The position numbers and the translations under genes are program-made. Shown piece by piece: positions 46,315 to 55,986 of a stretch of DNA of 64,000 bases (positions within the stretch are counted from its first letter, which is position 1; each line of letters begins with the position of its first letter). This DNA is from Chloroflexota bacterium (lineage in GTDB: Bacteria > Chloroflexota > Dehalococcoidia > Lucifugimonadales > Lucifugimonadaceae), in the NCBI GenBank assembly GCA_002714425.1, contig PAXI01000005.1, positions 100,877-164,876 on the forward strand, given 5' to 3'. Below the pieces are notes generated by a model that saw nothing but the letters and a program-made list of their open reading frames with translations, was not told where the DNA came from and did no database searches.

Positions 46315-47186
46315 AAGTTAAGTACTTCTCCTAGAATTACAAAAATACCAAAAACAAAAGATATCACACCATTCATTGTAAAAAATGCCATGTTTAATTT
46401 CTTTAAATTTTTATGCGAAATAAGTGATTGTTCATAAATTAGTAAAATTTTTGTGCAGATTACACCAATAAAAAATAATAAGCCTGCTCCTAATACTATG
46501 CCCGCTAAAAACAACATTGCCACTGAAATAGCATGACATACTCTTGAAATATTCAAAGATTTTTTTATCCCAAATTTTGCAGGTATAGAGTATATATTTT
46601 GCTTGATATCAACTTCAAGATCATTAATGGCATATAAAATATCGAAGCCTACAACCCATAACATTGCCCCAATCCCTAAAAATAATATCCCAGGTGAAAT
46701 ATTACCATTTATAGCCACTTCAACAGCCGACGGGACTATTAAATACACGATTCCTAGACCAAAATGTGCTAACCATGTAAATCTCTTAAGGTATGGATAA
46801 ATAATCATTACAGCAATGGGTATTGGTGAATATTTCACCGCTGAAGAATGCAAATTAAAAACTGCTATTACAAATAAAATCAAACTGAGACTTGTGAAAA
46901 ATAACATTTGATTTAGGCTTATTAAGCCCTTAGGCAATGCTCGGTTACTCGTCCTGGGATTTTTGGAATCTATTTCTTTATCGATTATGCGATTTGTACC
47001 CATGCCAAATGTTCTCATAGATACCATAGCAATTATTATCCAGAAAAAGGTAGCAAAATTTGGACTCCCTTCGGAAACGATAAAAAGCGTTAGCAAGGCA
47101 AAGGGAAGAGCAAAAATAGAATGCTCAAGTTTTATTGCTTCAGAATAAACCTTAAAATTCTCGGACAATGTTTTTAAATATGACAT
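46311..47186 (-). CDS. UbiA-family aromatic prenyltransferase (MqnP-like)
   Basis: 291 aa, about 8-9 TM helices. NRIIDKEIDSKNPRT and YAINDLEVD Asp-rich motifs. Confidence 0.85.
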   Translation of the reverse strand: MSYLKTLSENFKVYSEAIKLEHSIFALPFALLTLFIVSEGSPNFATFFWIIIAMVSMRTFGMGTNRIIDKEIDSKNPRTSNRALPKGLISLNQMLFFTSLSLILFVIAVFNLHSSAVKYSPIPIAVMIIYPYLKRFTWLAHFGLGIVYLIVPSAVEVAINGNISPGILFLGIGAMLWVVGFDILYAINDLEVDIKQNIYSIPAKFGIKKSLNISRVCHAISVAMLFLAGIVLGAGLLFFIGVICTKILLIYEQSLISHKNLKKLNMAFFTMNGVISFVFGIFVILGEVLNL

Positions 47187-47247
47187 GTATTACTCTTAGC
47201 GAATTTTTGAAAAAAATAAAAATCTGCTTATAATTAATTGTAGCTTC

Positions 47248-48114
47248 TTGAAAAATATATGCAATTTTATTATGAGTAAAAACTTAGAAAACAAACCGAA
47301 AAAATTTAGAATTATTACTGAAGGTATTATCAATCCTGAAGGTCCTGTTCTTGGACCTGATGGAAATATTTACTTTGTTAGTGCCGAAGAGTCCAATATT
47401 TATATGATTGACAACCAAAACAAGGTTTCATCTATAGGAAAAACAAATGGTAGACCTAATGGGCTAGCTTTTAATTCAAATGGTGAATTATTTATTGCTG
47501 ATGCTGGACATAAGGCAATTCTCAAAATGAGAAATGGTAAATTTGATGTTTTTGTTGATGAATACGATGGATCAAGGCTAGGAGGGCCAAATGATTTATG
47601 CTTTCTGCCCAATGGCAACTTGTTATTTACAGACCCTGTTAGAAAACCATTACCAGACCCTTCTATAAGTCCAATATACAGCGCTGAGCAAGTATCAGGT
47701 AAAGTAAAAGTTTTTGCCAATGATCTTGCATATCCAAATGGTATTGAGTTATCTAATGACAAAAAAAATGTCTTTGTTTCTGAAAGCCGGGCAAATAGAT
47801 TAGTATCTTTCTTAATTGACGAAGAAGGTAATTTATTAGATCAAAAATTGATTAGAAGATTTAGAGACCCAGGACATCCTGATGGCCTAGCTATTGATTC
47901 AAATGGCGATATACTCCAAACTTTACCTGGAATAAGATCAATATGCTATCTAGATCAAAAAGGAAAAATGAAGAATTTATATCACATACCAGATTGGAGT
48001 CCTTCAAATATAGCATTTGGCGGTAAAAACCTAGACCAAGTGTTTGTTTGTGGTGGTTCAAAAAATGTTATCTATTCTTTTATACATGAAGTTCCTGGCA
48101 GGAAAATTTTATAA
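47248..48114 (+). CDS. SMP-30/gluconolactonase/LRE-family protein
   Basis: 288 aa. Six-bladed-propeller repeats (EGPV..PDGN.YF, NGLAF, PNDL, PDGLA.D). The start may be the ATG at 47272. Confidence 0.75.
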   Translation: MKNICNFIMSKNLENKPKKFRIITEGIINPEGPVLGPDGNIYFVSAEESNIYMIDNQNKVSSIGKTNGRPNGLAFNSNGELFIADAGHKAILKMRNGKFDVFVDEYDGSRLGGPNDLCFLPNGNLLFTDPVRKPLPDPSISPIYSAEQVSGKVKVFANDLAYPNGIELSNDKKNVFVSESRANRLVSFLIDEEGNLLDQKLIRRFRDPGHPDGLAIDSNGDILQTLPGIRSICYLDQKGKMKNLYHIPDWSPSNIAFGGKNLDQVFVCGGSKNVIYSFIHEVPGRKIL

Positions 48115-49863
48115 TTATTTTCTAAGAAATTCTGTATCAAGCATTTCGTTTTCAAGTTGCATAACTGTTGGTCTTCCATGCGGACATGTTTGAGGAGAAT
48201 CACATTTTTCAAGCATTTTTATTATATTTTTCTGCTCATCTATCGATAAAGCCTGGCCAGCTCTTACGGCTGAATGACAGGACAAAGATGCGACTATTTT
48301 ATCAAGCCATAAATCGCCGTCTGTCAAAACTATAATTTCATCTAATAAATTTTGAAAGATACTTTGAATATTACCGTTGGCCAAACTTATATTATTTTTT
48401 GTAATTATACTTGGAACTTCCCTTATAGCTAAGGATGTAGTACCAAATGCATCAACCTGCCAGCCACAATTACTTAATTCCTTTTTATATTCGCTCAAGA
48501 TACTTACAGTATCGTTATTTACCTCAATTATTAAGGGGTCCAATAAAGGCTGTGAAGATAGATGTTTTTCCTTTGATAAATCAGTAAAAATTTGCTCATA
48601 TTTTACCCTTTCATGAGCTGCATGTTGATCTATAATGTATAAACCATCGGGACCTTCACAAGCTATATATTTTTTTGAAAATTGCCCAATAACTCTAAGA
48701 ATAGGAATAGTATTTTTCATAGTTTTAGAATATTCTTTTTCCGAGTAAATAATATCTTCTAAGCCTTGAAATTTTTTTTCAATAAAGTCTGATTTTTCTG
48801 ATGAAAACAAATTTATATTTTTTTGAGAATCATATACATTTTTTTCATTTTGTCTAACTAGTTTCACAGGAGATTTCAAACTTATAGTGTTTCTAATATT
48901 TTTTTGAATCATAGAAAAAACATAATCCTCATTTATGAATCGAACTTCTGCTTTATTGGGATGCACATTTGGATCCACTTCACTTAAAGGGGCTGTTATT
49001 CTTATAATTCCAATAGGAAATTTTCTCTGAGGCAAAAGTCCAGCATATGATCTTTCTACAGCATACTTTAATTTTTTCGAATCTATAATTCTTCCATTAA
49101 CAGACAAGATTAAATAATTTCTATTTGATTTATATATAGAAGGTGATCCTATCAAGCCGTTAATTTTATAATTAGAATTTTCATCTTCATCATCAATTAG
49201 AAGTAAATTATTCTTAGAATAAATACCATAAATCATTTTATAGATATCTAAAATATCATTTGACCCACTAGTATCTAGTTTCAATTTTCCATCTGTAATA
49301 AGTTGAAAATCTATATGCGGGTATACAAGACTAAAATAATTAATTAGATTGTGAATTTTTAATACTTCTGAATTTGCACTTTTTATAAATTTAAGACGAG
49401 CTGGTACATTGCTAAATAATTTCATTACTGAAATAGATGTACCAATATTACATGCAATACTTTTTATTTTTTTTTCATTCAAAAATTCACTCTCAAAAAC
49501 AGAACCCATTTTCTCATTTTTTATTTTTGAAATAGCATTTATGATCGAAACAGAAGCTATTGAAGGTAATGCTTCCCCTCTAAAACCTAGTGTCTGAATA
49601 GATGTCAAGTCTGATGAATTATCTATTTTAGAAGTTGCAAATCTCTCAAAAGCTATAGGTAAATCCGAACTTGATATTCCATCGCCATTATCAGTAACCC
49701 TTATAAGCACCAACCCTCCATTTTCTATTTCTATAATAATTTTAGTAGAATTAGCGTCAATTGAATTTTCAACTAATTCCTTAACTACAGAGAATGGTCT
49801 TTCTACTACCTCTCCAGCAGCTATCCTTGATGATAAATTTTCATTAAGTACATTGATTTTCAT
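48115..49863 (-). CDS. mutL: DNA mismatch repair endonuclease MutL
   Basis: RIAAGEVVERP and DNGDGI GHKL ATPase motifs. C-terminal DQHAAHERVKYE endonuclease motif, SCHSAVRAG and CPHGRP. ATG at 49863 (the ORF track starts at 49911). Confidence 0.95.
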   Translation of the reverse strand: MKINVLNENLSSRIAAGEVVERPFSVVKELVENSIDANSTKIIIEIENGGLVLIRVTDNGDGISSSDLPIAFERFATSKIDNSSDLTSIQTLGFRGEALPSIASVSIINAISKIKNEKMGSVFESEFLNEKKIKSIACNIGTSISVMKLFSNVPARLKFIKSANSEVLKIHNLINYFSLVYPHIDFQLITDGKLKLDTSGSNDILDIYKMIYGIYSKNNLLLIDDEDENSNYKINGLIGSPSIYKSNRNYLILSVNGRIIDSKKLKYAVERSYAGLLPQRKFPIGIIRITAPLSEVDPNVHPNKAEVRFINEDYVFSMIQKNIRNTISLKSPVKLVRQNEKNVYDSQKNINLFSSEKSDFIEKKFQGLEDIIYSEKEYSKTMKNTIPILRVIGQFSKKYIACEGPDGLYIIDQHAAHERVKYEQIFTDLSKEKHLSSQPLLDPLIIEVNNDTVSILSEYKKELSNCGWQVDAFGTTSLAIREVPSIITKNNISLANGNIQSIFQNLLDEIIVLTDGDLWLDKIVASLSCHSAVRAGQALSIDEQKNIIKMLEKCDSPQTCPHGRPTVMQLENEMLDTEFLRK

Positions 49864-49864
49864 A

Positions 49865-51076
49865 TTATAATTTTCTAATTTTAGTCGTAAATATTGTATA
49901 ACCCAAAGCAAAAATAATTAATAATAATCCTGCAAAAAAATAAGCCTGTTGAATACCTAAAATGTCAGCTATGAAACCTAAGGGAATCGCACCTAAGGGT
50001 ATAAGACCAAAATTAATTGTATACAGCCCCATAACTCTTCCCCTGTATTCATCATCTGTATTTTCTAATATAAGTGAAATGTTTAATGCTCTTCTTCCTG
50101 AGTCGCCTAGACCTAGAAAAAGCATTAAAATAATAGCCAATAAATAAGATGAATTTAATCCAGATATCATAATTGTAAATCCTGACAAAATACTAGTAAA
50201 AATTAGTACCCAACCACGTTTATCTTTTTTACTTAGACCTGCTATAAAGAGAGTTCCAATCAAAGCGCCGACTCCAATTACACTTAATAAAAGCCCCAAA
50301 GCTTCTACTTCTTTATTAAAAACTTCTTCAATTTGTACTGGTAAAAGAGTTCTATACGGCATAGATAATAAAGCTGTACTCAGTGCTACAACTAAAAGAT
50401 AGAGAACTGTTCTATTTTTAGCTACATAGCCAAAACCTTCTTTTATATCTTTAAAAAAATTCTTTTTTGGTATTTTTTTTCTCACTGAAGGTACAAATCC
50501 AGTCATCAGAAATGCAAGAAAAGCAAAACCTGCAATTATATAATATGTTACGGCCGCACCAAAATAGCCATAAACCAAGCCTCCAATTCCTGGAGCCAAA
50601 AATGACATCAATGACATTCCTGATGCATTTAGAGCTGTAGCATTGGTAATATGCTCATCATCTACAAGCTCGGGGATAATTGCTTGTCTTGCTGGCATTA
50701 AGAATGCCCAAATAGTCCCTTGTAACAACGATGATACAACTAAGTGATAAATAGTTATGACTTCAAAAGCTATAGAAAAACCTATAAATAAAGCAATTAG
50801 AGTTACACCTAGTTGCCCATATTGAATAATTTTCCTCAGTGATAATCTATCAGCAACTGCACCACCAAAAATTGAGAACAGTAATATAGGAGGCGCAAAT
50901 CCCGACCCCACTAATACAACTGCTACTGGAGATTTTGACAGATCCCATGTCAAGTAACCTCTTGCTAAAATTTGTATACTTATTCCGGCCATAAGAAATA
51001 ATAGCCCTAGCCACAAATTTCTATAAGCTGGAACTGATAAAGAAGAAAAGGTTCTATATGAATAACTTTTTAACAA
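49865..51076 (-). CDS. MFS transporter (MFS_3/DUF894-like)
   Basis: 403 aa, 12 TM helices. YRNLW N-terminus and EYRGRVMG..G..PLG motifs. Tandem paralogue of the next gene. Confidence 0.75.
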   Translation of the reverse strand: MLKSYSYRTFSSLSVPAYRNLWLGLLFLMAGISIQILARGYLTWDLSKSPVAVVLVGSGFAPPILLFSIFGGAVADRLSLRKIIQYGQLGVTLIALFIGFSIAFEVITIYHLVVSSLLQGTIWAFLMPARQAIIPELVDDEHITNATALNASGMSLMSFLAPGIGGLVYGYFGAAVTYYIIAGFAFLAFLMTGFVPSVRKKIPKKNFFKDIKEGFGYVAKNRTVLYLLVVALSTALLSMPYRTLLPVQIEEVFNKEVEALGLLLSVIGVGALIGTLFIAGLSKKDKRGWVLIFTSILSGFTIMISGLNSSYLLAIILMLFLGLGDSGRRALNISLILENTDDEYRGRVMGLYTINFGLIPLGAIPLGFIADILGIQQAYFFAGLLLIIFALGYTIFTTKIRKL

Positions 51077-51090
51077 TAGAATTTTTTTGT

Positions 51091-52314
51091 TTATGAAATC
51101 CTTCTAATAGTACCTGAAAAAATAAATATAAATAGTGAAAAAGCCAATAAAAACACACCAGAAATGAATACTGGTACTTGTGCTCCAAGCGCGCTTATAG
51201 CTAAACCTAAGGGTAGCATCCCTAAGGGCATCAATCCAAATGTCATCATTAGCAAACTCATCATTCTACCCCTGTATTCTTCCTTAGAATTCTCCATAAC
51301 TAAACTTTGCCCAAGAGCCCATCTAGCTTGTTCCCCAAGACCTATACCTATTAGAGCAAATACTCCAGCTATATAGTAAGGCACAGAAGATATTAAGATT
51401 AGTGCCAAACCTGAAACCACAGCCCCAAATATGAGCAAAACTCCTCTATGATTTCCTTTCCTTAAGTTTGCAATTAATATTGATCCTATAATCCCACCTA
51501 TTGCAATAGAGGTCATAAGCATACCTACTTCAGAAGGTAATGACCCATATACATCTTTTGCAAAAACCTGAATTAACATCCTAAATGGCATTGTAAGCAA
51601 TGCTACAACAACGCTATAAAGCAATATGAAATATATTACCTTGTTTGAAGCTAAATAAGACACTCCATCAAAAAATTCTCGTAATACTTTTTTATGTTCT
51701 ATTTGCTTAGGATACATTTTAGGCACTAAAGATGTAAAAAAAACAGCACTCATTAAAACTAACGAGGTTACAAAATAAACACCATAAGGATTTATCCACT
51801 CATATAAAAAACCAGCTAAAGCAGGCGACAATAAACCCATCAAACTCATAGCCATAGCATTCAATGCATAAGCATTTGGCAGGCTTTTTTGATCAACTAT
51901 TGTTGATATAGCTGCCTGCCTTGCTGGCATCATTATTGAGAACATAGCCCCTTGAACAATAGATACTATAAGTAAATGCCACCATAATATTAATTCAAAA
52001 AAAATTAAAAAACCTATTGAAGCAGCTAAAAGAGCATTAGCTGTCTGTGCAATCTGAATAATCAATCTTCTTTCTAATCTGTCACTTATGACTCCTCCAT
52101 AAATTGAAACAAAGAATAAGCTTGGAGCAAAACCCATCCCAACAAATCCTGTCAGAAACGCACTCCCCGTTAGGTCATATACATAAATGCCTCTAATAAC
52201 CATCTGCATTTGTATTCCAGCCATACCAAAAACCACACCAAACCAAAGCATTCTGAAATTCTTAAATCTCAATGACTCAAAAGTATGAGAAAAAAAGTTA
52301 AGTATGAGATTCAA
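51091..52314 (-). CDS. MFS transporter (MFS_3/DUF894-like)
   Basis: 407 aa, colinear with 49865..51076 (FRMLW, MPARQA, EYRGRMMS). TTG start overlaps the upstream stop (TTGA). Confidence 0.75.
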   Translation of the reverse strand: MNLILNFFSHTFESLRFKNFRMLWFGVVFGMAGIQMQMVIRGIYVYDLTGSAFLTGFVGMGFAPSLFFVSIYGGVISDRLERRLIIQIAQTANALLAASIGFLIFFELILWWHLLIVSIVQGAMFSIMMPARQAAISTIVDQKSLPNAYALNAMAMSLMGLLSPALAGFLYEWINPYGVYFVTSLVLMSAVFFTSLVPKMYPKQIEHKKVLREFFDGVSYLASNKVIYFILLYSVVVALLTMPFRMLIQVFAKDVYGSLPSEVGMLMTSIAIGGIIGSILIANLRKGNHRGVLLIFGAVVSGLALILISSVPYYIAGVFALIGIGLGEQARWALGQSLVMENSKEEYRGRMMSLLMMTFGLMPLGMLPLGLAISALGAQVPVFISGVFLLAFSLFIFIFSGTIRRIS

Positions 52315-53063
52315 GATAATCTTAAATCTTTTTCTGCGGCAATAATTTCTTTTTCTAGCAATTTAATCTTTTCATATTCTTCTCTATACATTGCATAAAT
52401 TCTATCTAGGTATAATCGTGCTAAATTTATATATTTTTCTCCAGGATTCTTACAAACCTTTATCAATAAATCCACATTTCTGTTTTCAGGAAGTTGTTTT
52501 CCTATTGATAAAATTTTAGCTTCGCTTTCCTTAATTCCGTCTTGATCATTTCCCGAAACTTGATACTGGAATCTACCAATTATGATAGTCAGTTCTGATA
52601 ATAAATCAGCTTCAGACATCATACTATAAACAACATCATTCACATCATCCAATTGATTTCCTGTAATATTTTTTTCATCATTTTGGTGATTTTTATCGTA
52701 TGATTCAGAGTAAACATCTAAGATTTTGGCAACTTCATTCATAAGATTAGTTACATCTGAAAGATTGTGAAACCCTCCAAATATTAGGTCGTCATCTCTT
52801 TTTTTTGCAGTTTCGCTAATCCAATCTTCAGAATCAACAATCTCAGGAGCAGGGGGGAAAGAAAATGAAGACATATCCTTACTTGATAAATTATCAACTT
52901 GATTAGACAGAAAAGGAGGTACGTACTTAGAAATATCTACAGTTATAGGCAGTAGAATTATGTAAGAAGCAGATACTTTATTACTATCAACAGTATCAAT
53001 AAAATATACTATCGCATGACCCTTAGGATGTAATGAATCACCAATCTTGTATTCCAGAGACAT
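52311..53063 (-). CDS. hypothetical protein (soluble, acidic, C-terminal coiled-coil-like region)
   Basis: 250-aa ORF with no family I recognise. Coding is supported by its length in AT-rich DNA and by translational coupling to the downstream MFS gene. Confidence 0.5.
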   Translation of the reverse strand: MSLEYKIGDSLHPKGHAIVYFIDTVDSNKVSASYIILLPITVDISKYVPPFLSNQVDNLSSKDMSSFSFPPAPEIVDSEDWISETAKKRDDDLIFGGFHNLSDVTNLMNEVAKILDVYSESYDKNHQNDEKNITGNQLDDVNDVVYSMMSEADLLSELTIIIGRFQYQVSGNDQDGIKESEAKILSIGKQLPENRNVDLLIKVCKNPGEKYINLARLYLDRIYAMYREEYEKIKLLEKEIIAAEKDLRLS

Positions 53064-53202
53064 TTTTATTACTTATAAGTTTATAATTTGTTGAATATAA
53101 TAATACAATAATCAATAAATTATTATTATATTAATTTAGGAGAAAATAACGAATTTATATAACTATACCATAAGGCCATTAATATTTAGTCTAGAGCCTG
53201 AG

Positions 53203-54189
53203 TTGGCTCACAGGGTAACTGAACTATCTTTGAGAATTCCATATATATGGAATTTATTTAATATCAACAAATCTGCTGGAAATAAATTACTCGAGACAAA
53301 ACTATTCGGCAATACTTATCCTTCTCCTCTAGCACTAGCTGCTGGATTTGATAAAGACTGCAATATATTAAATAATGTTATAAAGTTAGGATTTGGCTTT
53401 GTTACAGGAGGTACAGTAACTCTAACTTCTAGACCAGGAAACCCAAAGCCAAGAGTTATAAGAATCACAAAAGATAAAGCTATAATTAATGCTTTAGGAT
53501 TCCCGGGCAAAGGTATTGAATATTCAGTAAAAAATCTAAAAAAGTATCAAAGTATTAAAAAACGAATTATACTAAGCGTTTCTGGAACAATTGAGGATGA
53601 GATAATAGAATGTATCGAATTATCAAAAGATCTTATTTCTGCCTTTGAGATAAATATTAGCAGTCCTAACACATCAGGATTAAAAGTTTTTCAAGAACCT
53701 TCAAGGCTAAGGGGACTAATTGAATCAGTAAAAAAAATTACAGATAAACCAATAATAATTAAGTTCCCACCTTGGAATAATTCCCTTGATAATAAAAAAG
53801 AAATTCTAAAGTTGATAGAAACATCATTAATTACAAATGTTGAAGGGATGGTTATTTCAAACAGCCACCCAAAAGAATCAAAAAGTATAAAAGTTGGTAG
53901 AGGTGGATATAGCGGAGAGCCAATTTTTCCAGATACTCTAAAAATGCTCAGACAAGTTCAAGCTATAAATAATGGCTATGCTGATATAATCGCATGCGGC
54001 GGAATATCTTCAGCTAATGATCTTTGGAAAGTATTAGCTAGTGGAGCAAAATCTGGGCAAATTTATACGTCACTAGTATATCAAGGGCCATCACTACCTT
54101 CAAAAATAAATAATGGTCTAATTAATTTAATGAAAATCGCTGGAATAAATAAAATAGAAGATATAAACGGCGACCCCCCTAAAATATAA
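53203..54189 (+). CDS. pyrD: dihydroorotate dehydrogenase (quinone), class 2; the conserved N-terminus extends upstream of this first canonical start
   Basis: LAAGFDKD and NISSPNT (catalytic Ser) motifs and a C-terminal GG.S core. The in-frame upstream stretch 53146-53202 encodes ..LYNYTIRPLIFSLEPE, matching the E. coli PyrD N-terminus. Confidence 0.9.
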   Translation: MAHRVTELSLRIPYIWNLFNINKSAGNKLLETKLFGNTYPSPLALAAGFDKDCNILNNVIKLGFGFVTGGTVTLTSRPGNPKPRVIRITKDKAIINALGFPGKGIEYSVKNLKKYQSIKKRIILSVSGTIEDEIIECIELSKDLISAFEINISSPNTSGLKVFQEPSRLRGLIESVKKITDKPIIIKFPPWNNSLDNKKEILKLIETSLITNVEGMVISNSHPKESKSIKVGRGGYSGEPIFPDTLKMLRQVQAINNGYADIIACGGISSANDLWKVLASGAKSGQIYTSLVYQGPSLPSKINNGLINLMKIAGINKIEDINGDPPKI

Positions 54190-54191
54190 GT

Positions 54192-55133
54192 TTATTTATC
54201 ATAAGAGTTTACAAACTTAACAACTTCTTCTATTGTAGGCATAGAGTTCTGAGCACCTTCGCGAGTTACAGATATAGAAGATGTGGCAATAGCTAACTCT
54301 ATGGAATCTTGAAGGTTTTTATTTTTTACAACTCCATATGCTAGCGCTCCATTAAAAGCATCTCCTGCTGCAACGGATGATTTTGACTTAACTTCATAAC
54401 TCTTAACATGTTCTGAAATATTTTCTGCTTCAACCCAAATTCCTTTTGAACCCAAAGTAATAATCACGTTATTACATCCAAGATTTCTAATATATCTTGC
54501 TGCTTTTTTTGCGGACGGTATATCTTTAACTTCAGTGTTACTGATGCTAGATGCTTCAATCTCATTTGGAGTGATAATATTTATATTTTTATAGAACTTA
54601 ACTAGTTTTTCATTATAAGGCGCAGGATCTAAAATTACTGGTATTTGTTTTTTATAAGCCGTTTTCAAAATTAATCTTATGATTGTGTCAGGTATTTCTT
54701 GTTGTAGTAATAAAACACCTGCATTATCAGAATTTTTTTCAAAATCATTTATTTGAGACTTATCAATTTCATAGTTAGCCCCATAAACCGCATTTACTGA
54801 ATTTTCTCCATCTGGCATTATAAAAATTGAAGCAATCCCAGTTGATATATTATTTGTAATTTTTACAAAAGAAGTATCAATATTTTCTCTCTTTAAGTTT
54901 TTAAGAATTTCTTCACCAAAAATATCTTTACCAACTCTACCTATAAACTTTACTTTATATTCTTGACTAGCTAGCCTTGCAGCTGCAACAGCTTGATTGC
55001 CTCCTTTACCTCCAGGAGCAGTGTAAAACTTATCGCAAACTATGGTCTCACCTAAATTAGGAAACTTCGATGTATTTACAACTAAATCCATATTTAATGA
55101 ACCTAAAACTATTATGTCTTTTTTCTTAACCAT
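54192..55133 (-). CDS. rbsK: pfkB-family sugar kinase, ribokinase-like
   Basis: 313 aa. VLGSLNMDLV, GGKGGNQAVAAA and AAGDAFNGAL motifs. Confidence 0.75.
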   Translation of the reverse strand: MVKKKDIIVLGSLNMDLVVNTSKFPNLGETIVCDKFYTAPGGKGGNQAVAAARLASQEYKVKFIGRVGKDIFGEEILKNLKRENIDTSFVKITNNISTGIASIFIMPDGENSVNAVYGANYEIDKSQINDFEKNSDNAGVLLLQQEIPDTIIRLILKTAYKKQIPVILDPAPYNEKLVKFYKNINIITPNEIEASSISNTEVKDIPSAKKAARYIRNLGCNNVIITLGSKGIWVEAENISEHVKSYEVKSKSSVAAGDAFNGALAYGVVKNKNLQDSIELAIATSSISVTREGAQNSMPTIEEVVKFVNSYDK

Positions 55134-55155
55134 AAAATTCCTAAATCATTTATAT

Positions 55156-55974
55156 CTAAATGGTAAGATTATTTTCATAAAGATTTTCTAAAAAAGAAGC
55201 TAATCCTTCCTCTTCAGGAGGCGGTATGAGTAAATCAGATGATTTAACAACATCTTTATGACCATTTTCTATGCCTACTCCTAAGCCAGCCCAAACTATC
55301 ATATTTTGATCACCTTTACCATCACCTACAGCTACAACATTAGATTTATCGATTTTATAACTCTTTAATAATTCTTGTAAAGCCTTATCCTTACCGGCAT
55401 TTAAATGTTCTATTTCACAAAGCATTGGTAATGAATGAGTAACTAATGCATTATCCTTTAATTTTAACTTCAAATCACAAACAAGATTTGCAACAGTTTC
55501 AGGTTCAGAAACACCGATAATTGCTACAGGACTTGCGCCTTTATAGCAATTTAAATCTTTTGATTCTATAAACTTAATTTCATTTCTTTCAGCGTAATTC
55601 TTAGACCATCCAGATAAATTATTTGAGGATATCATATCATCATAAAATATCATGACTTCAATCTCTTTTTGAAAAAAATAATCAAGCGTTTTACTTACAA
55701 TTTTATTATCTAACTTTAAATATCTAAGTATTTTTTCTTGAGTTAGGTCATAGGTCATAGCACCTTGGAAACATATTAATGGTCCATTACAACCTGACAA
55801 ACTTGAAAACTTTTTCGCAGAACTAAAAGGTCTTCCTGTAGCGATAGAAACGGTAGCGCCTATTTGCTGAATTTTTTTAATTGCAGTTTTTAGTCTTTGG
55901 GAAAGTTTTTTGTTATCACCCACCATCGTTCCATCAATATCTAAAGCAATTAGGGAATATTTATTTTTTTTCAT
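55156..55974 (-). CDS. Cof-type HAD-IIB phosphatase
   Basis: 272 aa. ALDIDGTM motif I, SIATGR motif II and GDGKGDQNM motif IV. Confidence 0.8.
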   Translation of the reverse strand: MKKNKYSLIALDIDGTMVGDNKKLSQRLKTAIKKIQQIGATVSIATGRPFSSAKKFSSLSGCNGPLICFQGAMTYDLTQEKILRYLKLDNKIVSKTLDYFFQKEIEVMIFYDDMISSNNLSGWSKNYAERNEIKFIESKDLNCYKGASPVAIIGVSEPETVANLVCDLKLKLKDNALVTHSLPMLCEIEHLNAGKDKALQELLKSYKIDKSNVVAVGDGKGDQNMIVWAGLGVGIENGHKDVVKSSDLLIPPPEEEGLASFLENLYENNLTI

Positions 55975-55986
55975 ATAAATATTTTA

